Origin: Terriglobales bacterium
GTDB lineage: Bacteria > Acidobacteriota > Terriglobia > Terriglobales > Acidobacteriaceae
Length of the DNA: 32,000 nt
Reading direction: 5' to 3'
NCBI GenBank assembly: GCA_035651655.1
Contig: DASRFG010000001.1
Coordinates: 1-32,000 of the forward strand
Under the pieces are notes generated by a model that had not been told where the DNA came from, made no database searches, and worked only from the letters and a program-made list of their open reading frames with translations. Both the position numbers and the translations under genes were made by a program. Below are positions 18,212 through 30,453 of the stretch, piece by piece (the stretch's first letter is position 1; each line of letters begins with the position of its first letter).

Positions 18212-18231
18212 CCCGGCGCGTGAGCGCCGGG
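18212..18231 (-). terminator. Perfect GC-rich hairpin CCCGGCGC-gtga-GCGCCGGG, 10 nt downstream of a minus-strand gene
   Basis: 8-bp perfect stem with a GNRA-type GTGA loop, lying just after the stop of the 18241 gene. No U-tract follows, so it may be a REP-like element rather than an intrinsic terminator. Confidence 0.4.
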
Positions 18232-18240
18232 CGGCCCACC

Positions 18241-18603
18241 CTAATTTCCGTTACTTTTTTTGGGCATTACATTCTCCACAAAACGCCGCATGAAGTGGCC
18301 AGCATAAGCGCCCACCACTCCGGGAAGAAATACCAGGAACGATTCATATATCTGCGGGTGCTCGGTGTATTGATGGAGCACGAATGCCGCCAAGATCCGG
18401 GCAAACGGCACACAGGTAGCCACCAGCAGCGTCCAGCGCCACGGTTTCCGGGGACGGACCGTCCCGAGGAACATGGTGGGAGCAAGGACGAGGAACGCGG
18501 TGAGGAGCAGGTCGCCGACTTTAACTTCCGCAAAGCCCGCCAGCGCGCCGAAAAAGATGGCTAGCGCGAAATAGAAGATGGCGTGACGTTCGGGCGGTGA
18601 CAC
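18241..18603 (-). CDS. Hypothetical small membrane protein (about 120 aa, 3-4 TM)
   Basis: Hydrophobic segments are HAIFYFALAIFFGALAGFA, LLLTAFLVLAPTMFLG, WTLLVATCVPFARILAAFVL and FLVFLPGVVGAYAG. I chose the GTG at 18603 because the longer ORF overlaps hbd. Confidence 0.5.
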   Translation of the reverse strand: MSPPERHAIFYFALAIFFGALAGFAEVKVGDLLLTAFLVLAPTMFLGTVRPRKPWRWTLLVATCVPFARILAAFVLHQYTEHPQIYESFLVFLPGVVGAYAGHFMRRFVENVMPKKSNGN

Positions 18604-18637
18604 GGCACTTGTGGCAGGCTGAATAGGTTCCGACAAG

Positions 18638-19489
18638 CTAATAAGTATAGAAGCCCCGGCCGGTTTTGCGTCCCAGCCAGCCGGCATCCACCATCTTGAT
18701 GAGCAGCGGGCAGGGGCGGTATTTGGGATCGCCAAGGCCATCCTGCAGCACGCGCATGATGTCGAGGCAAACATCGAGGCCGATGAAGTCGGCAAGGGTG
18801 AGCGGCCCCATGGGATGCGCCATGCCCAGCTTGAACACTTCGTCTACCGCCTGCGGCGTGGCCACGCCCTCCATCACCGCGTACATCGCCTCGTTCAGCA
18901 GCGGCATGAGCACGCGATTGGAGACGAAGCCCGGGGCATCATTTACCTGCACTGGTACTTTGTCGAGCTTCTCGGCGAGGTCGCGAACCGTTTCGTAGGT
19001 CTCGTCCGAAGTAGCCAGGCCGCGAATGACCTCTACCAGTTTCATCACCGGCACGGGATTGAAGAAGTGCATGCCAATCACCTGCTGCGGGCGGCGGGTG
19101 AGCGCGCCGAGCTTGGTAATCGAAATTGACGAAGTGTTGGAGGCGAGAATGACATCGGGGCGGCACAGCGCGTCCAGGTCGCGGAAAAGCTGCGCCTTAA
19201 TGTCGAATTTTTCGGTGGCGGCTTCGATCACGAAATCGCAGGTGGCGAGTTCACGGCGGTCAAGCACCGGACGGAGGCGCCCCAGCGCGGAAGTGCGGTC
19301 TCCGGCGGTGATTTTGTTTTTGGCTACTTCGCGTTCAAGATTCTTGCCGATGGTGTCGAGCGCGCGGTCCAGAAATCGTTGTTCCACGTCCGAGAGGATC
19401 ACCTGGTAGCCGCCGCGGGCAAAGACATGCGCGATGCCATTGCCCATGGTGCCAGCGCCGACCACGCCGACTGTTTTGATCTCCATCAA
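18638..19489 (-). CDS. hbd: 3-hydroxybutyryl-CoA / 3-hydroxyacyl-CoA dehydrogenase
   Basis: Rossmann motif [14 protein letters not shown], the NTSS motif and GMHFFNP are present; 283 aa. Confidence 0.9.
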   Translation of the reverse strand: MMEIKTVGVVGAGTMGNGIAHVFARGGYQVILSDVEQRFLDRALDTIGKNLEREVAKNKITAGDRTSALGRLRPVLDRRELATCDFVIEAATEKFDIKAQLFRDLDALCRPDVILASNTSSISITKLGALTRRPQQVIGMHFFNPVPVMKLVEVIRGLATSDETYETVRDLAEKLDKVPVQVNDAPGFVSNRVLMPLLNEAMYAVMEGVATPQAVDEVFKLGMAHPMGPLTLADFIGLDVCLDIMRVLQDGLGDPKYRPCPLLIKMVDAGWLGRKTGRGFYTY

Positions 19490-19568
19490 GACCTCGCAGA
19501 ACGGAAAAGTTTAGCAGGTGCGAGCGGTACGCGAGGGGCCCTGCCTTGTCGCCGAGACGCCGGCGCTA

Positions 19569-19991
19569 CTAGGCAGCGGCCCGCTGGCTGGCTTTAGCGG
19601 CAACATCAAGGCGCGACTGGGCACGCGCCAGCGCATCCAGGGCACGCGGATAATCGGTGTTGGGATCGTTGCTGCTGAGGAGCTTTTGGGCACGATCACG
19701 GGCCTGCTGGGCGCGGGCCACGTCTATGTCCTCGCCCCGCTCAGCGCTTTCTGCCAGCACGGTGGTCTTGGTGGGAAGCACCTCAGCGAATCCCCAGGCG
19801 ACCGCCAGCCGGTAGGTCTGGCCGTTGGCGACGTAGCTGAGTTCGCCGACCCCCAGTTCGGTGACCAAGGGGGCGTGGCCGGGGAGAATACCGAGATAGC
19901 CGTTCTTGCCTGGTATCTGCACCTGTTCGACCTTCTCGCGCACCACGAGGCGCTCAGGGGTGACGATGTCGAGATCGAGAGTATCGGCCAT
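19569..19991 (-). CDS. atpC: F1 ATP synthase epsilon subunit
   Basis: LDIVTPERLVVREKVEQVQIPGKNGYLGILPGHAPL. It starts 3 nt after the atpD stop. Confidence 0.9.
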   Translation of the reverse strand: MADTLDLDIVTPERLVVREKVEQVQIPGKNGYLGILPGHAPLVTELGVGELSYVANGQTYRLAVAWGFAEVLPTKTTVLAESAERGEDIDVARAQQARDRAQKLLSSNDPNTDYPRALDALARAQSRLDVAAKASQRAAA

Positions 19992-19994
19992 ACT

Positions 19995-21476
<1,482 letters not shown>

Positions 21477-22562
21477 TCACAAAGCGGCGGCGCCGCTCAC
21501 AATTTCAATGATCTCGCGCGTAATCTTCGCCTGACGAATACGGTTCATGCTCAGAGTCAGAGCGTCAATCATCTCGGAAGCGTTGTTACTGGCGGCATCC
21601 ATTGCGGTCATGCGAGCTGCATGCTCAGCTGCTACAGACTCCAGCAAGGCACGATACACCCCAATGGCTACATACCTGGGGAGCAGATCGCTAAAGATTT
21701 CCGCCGGAGACTGCTCGTAAATGTAGTCCACAGGCGAAGCAGCGAAGGCGGCAGCAAGCTCATCAATCTCGCGAGTGTCAGCTTCGGTAAGGCTGACGCC
21801 GGCAGAGGCGGCGGCCTTGGCCATGCGTTCCTTTTCTTTGAGCGCCATTTCCTCCGCCTGGAGAATAGGGGAAACGCCGATCTCCACGATCGGCAGAATT
21901 TGCGAAATCACTACCCGTTGCGCAACCACCGACTTGAATTCGTTATAGAGCAAGTACACGGAGTCAATCTCTTCGCGCGAGTAACGGACCACGATGGTGT
22001 CAGCCAGGGCTTCGGCTTGGGCAAACTGCAGGCGCCCGAGAATACCGATATGCTCGCCCACGATCTGCACCGGGCCGGAGCGGCTGGTGGCGCGGGGCGG
22101 AGGCTGCAAACGCTCTTCTTCTTCGGTGACGGGAGTCTCCTGCACCGGGGCGGCGGGAAAGCGGCGTCGCAGGAAATCGCGTCCCTTGCGGCCTACTGCC
22201 TCTATGTCCAGGTTCTTGCCCGACTTTGACTGGATAAAAGTCATTGCTGCTTTAAGGATATTGGTATTGAAGGCGCCCGCCAGACCCTTGTCACCGGTCA
22301 CAACCACAAATAAAACGTTGTTCTCCGGTCTCTGGGCGAGCAGCGGGTGCTTGGGCTGGCCGGTTTCAGGATCTACAACGTCGGTCCGGAGCACCAGCGA
22401 CTTGAGCACGTTGGTCAACATTTGCGCGTAGGGGCGGCTGGAAAGAGCACGGTCCTGGGCGCGGCGCAGCCGCGCGGCCGAAATCATCTTCATGGCGCGC
22501 GTGATCTGCCGCGTGTTCTTCACGCTGCGTATGCGACGACGGATATCGAGAAGGCCGGCCAT
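21477..22562 (-). CDS. atpG: F1 ATP synthase gamma subunit, unusually long (361 aa) with two internal insertions
   Basis: The N-terminal IRSVKNTRQITRAMKMISAARLRRAQ and C-terminal RIRQAKITREIIEIVSGAAAL helices are canonical. There is extra sequence around residues 134-165 and 229-277 relative to E. coli gamma (287 aa). Confidence 0.93.
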   Translation of the reverse strand: MAGLLDIRRRIRSVKNTRQITRAMKMISAARLRRAQDRALSSRPYAQMLTNVLKSLVLRTDVVDPETGQPKHPLLAQRPENNVLFVVVTGDKGLAGAFNTNILKAAMTFIQSKSGKNLDIEAVGRKGRDFLRRRFPAAPVQETPVTEEEERLQPPPRATSRSGPVQIVGEHIGILGRLQFAQAEALADTIVVRYSREEIDSVYLLYNEFKSVVAQRVVISQILPIVEIGVSPILQAEEMALKEKERMAKAAASAGVSLTEADTREIDELAAAFAASPVDYIYEQSPAEIFSDLLPRYVAIGVYRALLESVAAEHAARMTAMDAASNNASEMIDALTLSMNRIRQAKITREIIEIVSGAAAL

Positions 22563-22568
22563 GAAATT

Positions 22569-24140
<1,572 letters not shown>

Positions 24141-24200
24141 TTATAAGTTCTCAGGTGCTCGTTCTCAGTTCACGTGCTCGGCAGGTGTTATCAGAACCGG

Positions 24201-24755
24201 TCAGCCGGTACTTAGTTGTTCGCGAATCTTGTTCAGCTGGCCAAGAATGGAACCATCGTAAATCGTGCTACCCAGCTTGATGACTGCTCCACCAAGAATG
24301 CTGGTGTCGCGCTGATAGCGGGCGCGAACTTTTTTGCCAGTCAGCTTCTCAATCTGGGTTTCCAGCAGGCGCTTCTCATTGTCTCGCAAATCGCGGGCCG
24401 TGGTTATTTCCGCCTCTGCCAAATTGAGGCGCCGGTCGAGCTCGTGTCCAAAATGCCGAACGATCTCTCCCAACAGCGGGATACGGCCATGGTCAATCAG
24501 AACCGCCATGAAATTCCGCACAGTGCGTGAGAGGCGGCTGCGTGTTACCAGGGCATCCAGAACGGAATGCTTCTGCTCGGAAGAAAGCGCCGGGCTCTCC
24601 CACACCTCACGCAACTCCTTGCTTTGGGCGACCAGGCCAGCGATGAGTTCCAGCTCACCCCGGACCTTATCTGGATCCAACGGTTTGGCCTCGCCCCGAC
24701 GGTCGAAGATTACATCAACCAGGGCGCGAGCGTAACGATTGCCGATAGCAGCCAT
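24201..24755 (-). CDS. atpH: F1 ATP synthase delta (OSCP) subunit
   Basis: RYARALVDV at the N-terminus; 184 aa. The start codon directly follows the atpF stop (TAAATG). Confidence 0.88.
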   Translation of the reverse strand: MAAIGNRYARALVDVIFDRRGEAKPLDPDKVRGELELIAGLVAQSKELREVWESPALSSEQKHSVLDALVTRSRLSRTVRNFMAVLIDHGRIPLLGEIVRHFGHELDRRLNLAEAEITTARDLRDNEKRLLETQIEKLTGKKVRARYQRDTSILGGAVIKLGSTIYDGSILGQLNKIREQLSTG

Positions 24756-25508
24756 TTAGCGGTGACCATCCTTGCGAACGTTGCGGGCAGCACTCGAATC
24801 GTCCGCCAATTGATCGGCAAAACTGCGGACAAGCGCCTGGTCGGTCGGAGCATCTACCCGAATCTGCTTTTGTGCGACCGAGACGGCAAGGCCCGCCGCA
24901 TAAACTTTTAGATCGTGCTGGGCGAGCCGGACGGCAGCGGCGATCTCCTGCTCGGCGGCCGCGATAATCCTGCGTGTCTCCTCCGCGGCGGCGGTCTGGA
25001 TTTTCTGTTCTTCCAGCGCGGTGGCATGTTCCGCTTCTTGGCGGATCGAAGCGATCTCGACATCTAAACGACTGAGGCGCGCTTCGATGGCAGCCAGACG
25101 GCTCTGGGCTTCCGCACTGGCGGCACGCGCTTCTTCAATCGCCTTCTGGATGTTTGCAGTGCGGGAGCGGAATATCTGTGGAACACTCGACCGCCAGAAT
25201 TTGGCAACCAGCACGGCGATAATCACGAAGTTGAGGACGTACGCCAGCCAGTAGGCGGCATGCACGCTGATCCCGAGGCGGTGCGCCAACCACTGCACCG
25301 ATCCGGACTCTTTGAACTGAGCGTTTTCGTCCCCGGCTTCGGCGGCCTTTCGCGAGGTCTCCGCGAGCTGTTGCTCGGAACCGGCCTCACCTGACTTCGG
25401 CTCCGCAGGAGAAGATTGCCCCATCGCAATAGTGGTCAGGACCAAGGTCAGCAACAAAATCGGCAGGAAGGAAAGACGAATTATGCGTTGGCCCCGGCCC
25501 CCGGTCAT
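24756..25508 (-). CDS. atpF: Fo ATP synthase b subunit with an extended N-terminus carrying an additional hydrophobic segment
   Basis: A TM helix (YWLAYVLNFVIIAVLVAKF) is followed by a long Ala/Glu/Arg-rich helix typical of b subunits. The first ~75 residues are extra and include LSFLPILLLTLVLTTIAMG. The start overlaps the b' stop (ATGA). Confidence 0.85.
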   Translation of the reverse strand: MTGGRGQRIIRLSFLPILLLTLVLTTIAMGQSSPAEPKSGEAGSEQQLAETSRKAAEAGDENAQFKESGSVQWLAHRLGISVHAAYWLAYVLNFVIIAVLVAKFWRSSVPQIFRSRTANIQKAIEEARAASAEAQSRLAAIEARLSRLDVEIASIRQEAEHATALEEQKIQTAAAEETRRIIAAAEQEIAAAVRLAQHDLKVYAAGLAVSVAQKQIRVDAPTDQALVRSFADQLADDSSAARNVRKDGHR

Positions 25509-25984
25509 GAACGGCCACCGGCGAGTGGGCTGGGCGCGGTAGCAGCCGGACGCAGGATTGCCGCTATTATTTCGCGCGCCAGACGTTCGGCCTCGCTTTG
25601 CAGGCTGGTTTGTACGGACTCTTTCTCCTTTTCCAAGGCAGCGCGGGCCTGTTTCACTTGCTCCTGAGCGCGCGACCGGGCCTGGGCGATGGCCTCCACG
25701 TGCGCCTGCAGCGCCTGCTGTCGCCGAGCTTCCTGCGCTTTGAATACGGCAGAGCGGGCTTCCCGCAACCGTTGCTCGTATTCTGCGGCTTTGGCTTCGG
25801 CGGCTGCAATATCGGCGCGAGCACGCTCGATTGCGCCTTTGGTAAGGCTACGACGCTCATTGAGCACGCGCTGCAGTGGCTGATGCACCAGAAAACGATA
25901 GGCCGTTAAAACGATGAGCAGCAAAATTACCGTCGGTATCGCGCCGAGCAGTAATCCGCCTAATTGCCTTAGCGTTTCGTCCAT
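25505..25984 (-). CDS. atpF2: Fo ATP synthase b' (second b-type) subunit
   Basis: A single N-terminal TM (LLLGAIPTVILLLIVLTAY) plus a long amphipathic helix; 159 aa. Confidence 0.8.
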   Translation of the reverse strand: MDETLRQLGGLLLGAIPTVILLLIVLTAYRFLVHQPLQRVLNERRSLTKGAIERARADIAAAEAKAAEYEQRLREARSAVFKAQEARRQQALQAHVEAIAQARSRAQEQVKQARAALEKEKESVQTSLQSEAERLAREIIAAILRPAATAPSPLAGGRS

Positions 25985-26042
25985 TTCGTTAGGTTTACCG
26001 CCCAGACAGCCTGCGAATCAAAGAAGGGACTTAACTTGAAAA

Positions 26043-26070
26043 ATTATCATCGTGTGAAAGGAAGTGTCAA
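26043..26070 (-). promoter_or_regulatory. Candidate sigma70-type promoter for the atp operon
   Basis: On the minus strand this reads TTGACA (26070-26065), a 16-nt spacer, then GATAAT (26048-26043), about 58 nt upstream of the b' ATG. Confidence 0.45.
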
Positions 26071-26277
26071 CGTAAGCAGGGAGCACTTGACTCAAGCAGA
26101 GAGGGATTAAGGTCTATCCAAGAGGGTGGGAAATATTGCCTCCAACACTTGACTTTCCCCTTGACAGGTTTACCATATTGATATCACCTCCGATCCAATT
26201 CAGGATCGAGTGGGCTGGGGGTCAAGGAAAGTCACCGCTTCTTGATCTCTGGCCCATTTAATTTTTGCAGCTACACA

Positions 26278-27756
26278 CTAGTGGTCAGGCCGCACGAATT
26301 GCTTCAATTTTCTGACCAGCGATTCTGGCGCATCCGCCTCCAGTTCCACCAAACCATCGCGATAGTGACGTGAAAGAATGCGGGAGCGCGCCTCCAGCGC
26401 AGATAATATCTTGCCTTCGCTCTGCGGCACCTTCAGGAAGACGCGGCTGATAGGGTCATGGGCGAGGAGTTGGTCCATCCTGTCCAACAAGCTGGACAGG
26501 CCAATTCCTTTTAGCGCAGAAACGTGGACCATGTTGGGGCCGTCGCGCAGGGCCTCGCGCTCCCCAACCGGCAGCAGATCTATCTTGTTGACTACGTGCA
26601 GGCGGGGTTTGCCTTCGGCGCCCAGCTCCCGCAATACCAGTTCCACCTGTGCGTCCTGCTCGGGGGCGGTGAGGCTGCTGGCGTCAGAGACGTGCACAAT
26701 CAGCTCAGCGCGCTGTACTTCCTCTAACGTGCCCCGAAAAGCGGAAACCAGGGTTGTGGGCAGGTTGCGAATGAATCCCACAGTGTCTGAGAGCAGCAGC
26801 TTGCGGCGCGATGGCAGGATCACCGGACGGATGGTGGGATCGAGCGTGGCGAACATCTTGGACGATTCCAGCACCCCGGCCTGGGTGAGGGCGTTGAAAA
26901 GCGTTGATTTTCCGGCGTTCGTGTATCCCACCAGCGCGACGGTGGCTACGGGAACCGATTCGCGGCGTTGCCGCTGCTGTGCACGCGTACGCCGGACATT
27001 TTCGATTTGCTGCTCAAGATGGCGGACACGCCGATAGATTTTGCGGCGGTCGGTCTCCAGCTGGGTCTCGCCCGGGCCGCGTGTCCCGATGCCGCCGCCC
27101 AACTGCGACATCTGAGCACCGCGTCCACTCAACCGCGGCAGCAAATACTTGAGCTGGGCCAGCTCCACCTGCAACTGCCCTTCCCGAGTGCGAGCATGGC
27201 GGGCAAAGATATCCAGGATGAGTTGGGTGCGATCTACCACACGGGTGGAAACCTCATCCTCGATATTGCGCTGCTGCGATGGCGTGAGCTCGTGGTCAAA
27301 GATGACGAGGTCAGCTGACGTGGAGGCGACAGCGCCAGCAACCTCCTGCAATTTCCCGCGGCCGATGAGGGTGGCAGGATCGGGCTGCTGGCGATGTTGT
27401 AGGAATTCACCCGTGACGGTGGCCCCGGCACTACTGGCAAGTTCCCGCAGTTCCGCAAGTGATTCTTCGGCTGTGAACCGGGGAACACTCGCAGGAGGCA
27501 CGCTCGACTCAGACGGCGGAGCTGAGTGCGCAGCCCCCGAAACTACGCTGCGCGCCAGTTTCGCTTGTGGCGGAATGGGAGAGTTGGCAACCTTTTCCCG
27601 AGAACCATCGCCGGCACGACGACGCGGCGTGTAGTCGAGTCCCACAAGAAACGCCCGTTCGGTGGCGCCAGAACGTCCGCCGGAATTCTGCTCTTTCTGC
27701 GCAGCCGCGAACTTCTTTGCAAGACTGGATCCGGGCTTGGATCGCGAAGCAGGCAA
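26278..27756 (-). CDS. hflX: GTPase HflX
   Basis: The HflX N-terminal domain starts ERAFLVGL. G motifs are [14 protein letters not shown] and NKID. A ~45-aa low-complexity insertion follows the first strand. Confidence 0.92.
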   Translation of the reverse strand: MPASRSKPGSSLAKKFAAAQKEQNSGGRSGATERAFLVGLDYTPRRRAGDGSREKVANSPIPPQAKLARSVVSGAAHSAPPSESSVPPASVPRFTAEESLAELRELASSAGATVTGEFLQHRQQPDPATLIGRGKLQEVAGAVASTSADLVIFDHELTPSQQRNIEDEVSTRVVDRTQLILDIFARHARTREGQLQVELAQLKYLLPRLSGRGAQMSQLGGGIGTRGPGETQLETDRRKIYRRVRHLEQQIENVRRTRAQQRQRRESVPVATVALVGYTNAGKSTLFNALTQAGVLESSKMFATLDPTIRPVILPSRRKLLLSDTVGFIRNLPTTLVSAFRGTLEEVQRAELIVHVSDASSLTAPEQDAQVELVLRELGAEGKPRLHVVNKIDLLPVGEREALRDGPNMVHVSALKGIGLSSLLDRMDQLLAHDPISRVFLKVPQSEGKILSALEARSRILSRHYRDGLVELEADAPESLVRKLKQFVRPDH

Positions 27757-27766
27757 CCGAAACGAC

Positions 27767-28081
27767 CTATCCTTCTGTTCCCGAGCTATTCAGCGCCGGC
27801 GCCACGGGAGCGTTGTGAGCTGGCTTGGCTTCAGCGGCGCGCTCGGGTCTTTCCAGTCGCCCATCAGCATGGGACTTGGCCATGACAACGGTCGAGATGG
27901 CATGCTTGAAGATAAGCTGCTCCTGGTTGCCGGTTTCAAGTACCACAGAATACTTGTCGAAGGAGCGAATGCGCCCCGCGAGCTTGACCCCGCTGAGGAG
28001 GTAAATGGTGATGGGGATTTTGTCCTTGCGGGCCGTGTTGAGAAACGAATCCTGGATGTTTTGCGCCGGCTTATTTTCCAT
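27767..28081 (-). CDS. hfq: RNA chaperone Hfq with a ~35-aa C-terminal extension
   Basis: Sm1/Sm2 core: [56 protein letters not shown]. An AAGGAG SD lies at 28090-28095 (minus strand). Confidence 0.93.
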   Translation of the reverse strand: MENKPAQNIQDSFLNTARKDKIPITIYLLSGVKLAGRIRSFDKYSVVLETGNQEQLIFKHAISTVVMAKSHADGRLERPERAAEAKPAHNAPVAPALNSSGTEG

Positions 28082-28321
28082 CTGCCGATCTCCTTGTTGG
28101 AACTCGAAACGTCCGGTGCCGAAAAATTAGGCCAATCAAAAAAGAATTCAGGAACACTGCCCAGGCCGTTCTTGCAGCCTCAAGTTACGATACGGCGTCG
28201 GCAGAGAGTTTTCAACCGTTGGCGTTAAATTTAGGCCGGAACGGCTGTCCTGGCAGGGCACTTCAGGGATGGGGTATTTAAGGTAGGCTGTTATGCGAAT
28301 TTTGATCTTCGCGGAGGCGCG

Positions 28322-29071
28322 ATGCCACTACTGAACTTAGAGGTGCTCTCGGGGGTGACCTATCCCGGTTCCAATGCCACGGTGCTGATGGTCATGCGTT
28401 GGATCCACCTTTTGGCAGGAATCACCTGGATTGGACTGCTCTATTTTTTCAACCTGGTGAACGTTGACTTCGTAAAGGGACTGGACGCCAGTACTCGCGC
28501 CCTGGTGCTCCCGCGCCTGATGAGACGCTCAATGTGGTGGTTCCGCTGGAGCTCTGTGGTAACAGTGCTGATGGGCATAGGCTATTGGATGAATATCGTC
28601 ACCGCGGATGCCCACAACGCCCAAGCCTCGCCGGGGCAGGCAATGTGGAGTTTCTTCCTGATATGGACGGCGGCATTCGCTGTCCAGAATGCGCTGGTGA
28701 TGCCGGTTAAAGGCCCACTCAACAATGGCTGGGTGCTGGCCGTGCTCATGATCATCGTAGTGGGATCCGCCAGTTATCTTTATTTGCGGTTAAATGATCA
28801 CGGCTGGGAGAGCAACCGCATGCTCTCCATCGGTATTGGCGGGGGAATCGGCTGGTTGCTGATGTTCAATGTGTGGGGAATTGTGTGGCGGGTAAATAAA
28901 AAGCTGATTCTTTGGACGGAGCAAAATCTGGCCAACGGTACGCCCATTCCGCAAAAAGCGGAGAAGTTGGCCCGCCAAGGTTTTTTGGTCTCGCGCATCA
29001 GCTTCTGGCTCACCTTTCCCCTGCTCTTCTTTATGGGGGCGGCAAGCCACTATCCGTTTCTGGGGAAGTGA
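28322..29071 (+). CDS. Polytopic membrane protein resembling the N-terminal membrane domain of urate hydroxylase PuuD (COG3748-like)
   Basis: MRWIHLLAGITWIGLLYFFNLVN recalls the RW-H-x-AGI-WIG-x-x-YF motif I associate with that family. It has 6 TM and no cytochrome c domain. A GGAGG SD lies at 28313-28317. Confidence 0.4.
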   Translation: MPLLNLEVLSGVTYPGSNATVLMVMRWIHLLAGITWIGLLYFFNLVNVDFVKGLDASTRALVLPRLMRRSMWWFRWSSVVTVLMGIGYWMNIVTADAHNAQASPGQAMWSFFLIWTAAFAVQNALVMPVKGPLNNGWVLAVLMIIVVGSASYLYLRLNDHGWESNRMLSIGIGGGIGWLLMFNVWGIVWRVNKKLILWTEQNLANGTPIPQKAEKLARQGFLVSRISFWLTFPLLFFMGAASHYPFLGK

Positions 29072-29159
29072 GCGCCCGTCCTCGAAAGGCCAGGAAGTTA
29101 AGCTAGTTTTGTTATGCTGAGTTTGGCGGTTGTATCAATGTGGATCGCCTATCCTCATA

Positions 29160-30407
29160 ATGCCCCAGAACTTTCCTGAAATTGACGAGCAGCTCACTTA
29201 CATCAAGAAGGGTGCGGCGGAGATCATCCGCGAGGCAGAGCTGCGAGAAAAATTGGTGAAGTCCCGGACCATGGGGCAGCCGCTACGCGTCAAGGCGGGC
29301 TTCGACCCGACGGCCCCGGACCTGCATTTGGGTCACACTGTCTTGCTGCGCAAGCTAAAACATTTTCAGGACCTCGGGCATACGGTGATCTTTCTGATCG
29401 GCGACTTCACCGGGATGATTGGTGATCCCACCGGCCGCTCGGCGACCCGGCCCCCGCTGAGTCGCGCGGAGATTGACAAGAACGCCGAGACTTACAAGAA
29501 GCAAGTCTTCCGGATTCTCGACGAAGAAAAAACCGAGGTGCGCTTCAACAGTGAGTGGTTTAATAAATTTCGCGCTGAAGACTTCGTGCGCCTGGCCTCG
29601 CATTACACGGTTTCACAGTTGCTGGAACGAGAAGACTTTCACAAACGGTTCCAAGAGGAAAAACCCATAGCCATGCACGAACTGCTTTATGCGCTGGCCC
29701 AGGGGTACGACTCGGTAGCGCTCAAGGCCGACGTTGAACTCGGCGGCACCGATCAGAAATTCAATCTGCTGGTGGGCCGGGAAATTCAGCGTGCCTATGG
29801 TCAGCCCTCCCAAGTGGTGCTGACCACGCCAATCCTGGAAGGTTTGGATGGCGTGCAGAAAATGTCGAAGTCGTTGGGCAATGCTATTGGCATCAAGGAG
29901 CCGCCGCTAGAAATGTACGGAAAGATCATGTCCATTTCTGACGACATGATGTGGCGGTATTACGAGCTGCTGACGGACGTCTCCAGCGCGGAGATTGCGA
30001 AGATGCGGCAGCAGGTGGCAACCAACCAGGCGCATCCGATGAAGTTGAAGCAGGAATTGGCGTTCCGCATCGTGGCCGATTTCCATTCGGCGGATGCGGC
30101 GAAGCGCGCAGCGGAGGATTGGTCAAAGCAGTTCCAGAAAGACGAAGTGCCGGAACATGTGGAGCAGGTCAAAATCAATTTTTCAGATATTGCCGCCGGT
30201 ACGGAGAATGCCGGCGCCATCAAGTTGGACAAGCTTTTGGCACGCTCCGGACTGGCCGACTCCATCAGCGATGGCCTGCGCAAGATCAAGCAGAAGGCCG
30301 TACGCGTGAATGGCGAGGTCAAGAGCGAACCAATTCTCCGCGTGCAGGTTCCCACGGAGCTTACCTTGCGAGTCGGCCGCACTATGCGGCGAGTTTCAAT
30401 TTCGTAG
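29160..30407 (+). CDS. tyrS: Tyrosine--tRNA ligase
   Basis: HIGH motif DLHLGH, KMSKS motif KMSKSLGN and a C-terminal S4-like domain are present. I prefer the ATG at 29160 over the TTG at 29130. Confidence 0.92.
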   Translation: MPQNFPEIDEQLTYIKKGAAEIIREAELREKLVKSRTMGQPLRVKAGFDPTAPDLHLGHTVLLRKLKHFQDLGHTVIFLIGDFTGMIGDPTGRSATRPPLSRAEIDKNAETYKKQVFRILDEEKTEVRFNSEWFNKFRAEDFVRLASHYTVSQLLEREDFHKRFQEEKPIAMHELLYALAQGYDSVALKADVELGGTDQKFNLLVGREIQRAYGQPSQVVLTTPILEGLDGVQKMSKSLGNAIGIKEPPLEMYGKIMSISDDMMWRYYELLTDVSSAEIAKMRQQVATNQAHPMKLKQELAFRIVADFHSADAAKRAAEDWSKQFQKDEVPEHVEQVKINFSDIAAGTENAGAIKLDKLLARSGLADSISDGLRKIKQKAVRVNGEVKSEPILRVQVPTELTLRVGRTMRRVSIS

Positions 30408-30453
30408 CTGGACCTCTCCGCGATCCCGTAAATCTGGTACCCTGCGCGCGGTC

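Noticed and set aside
16367-18603. The minus-strand block (membrane proteins, Cys/His-cluster protein, MBL hydrolase) as a novel defence or signalling system
   Set aside because: It has no nuclease, ATPase, sensor or toxin-type domains recognisable from sequence. The YycJ-like MBL hydrolases are common housekeeping proteins. Only the flanking repeats are noteworthy, and I report those separately.
18604-18795. Upstream part of the 184-aa minus-strand ORF
   Set aside because: It overlaps the 3' end of hbd in another frame. The hydrophobic protein begins only after the GTG at 18603.
30310-30453. 5' extension of the lipid-kinase ORF
   Set aside because: It overlaps the last ~100 nt of tyrS. The conserved kinase domain follows the ATG at 30454.
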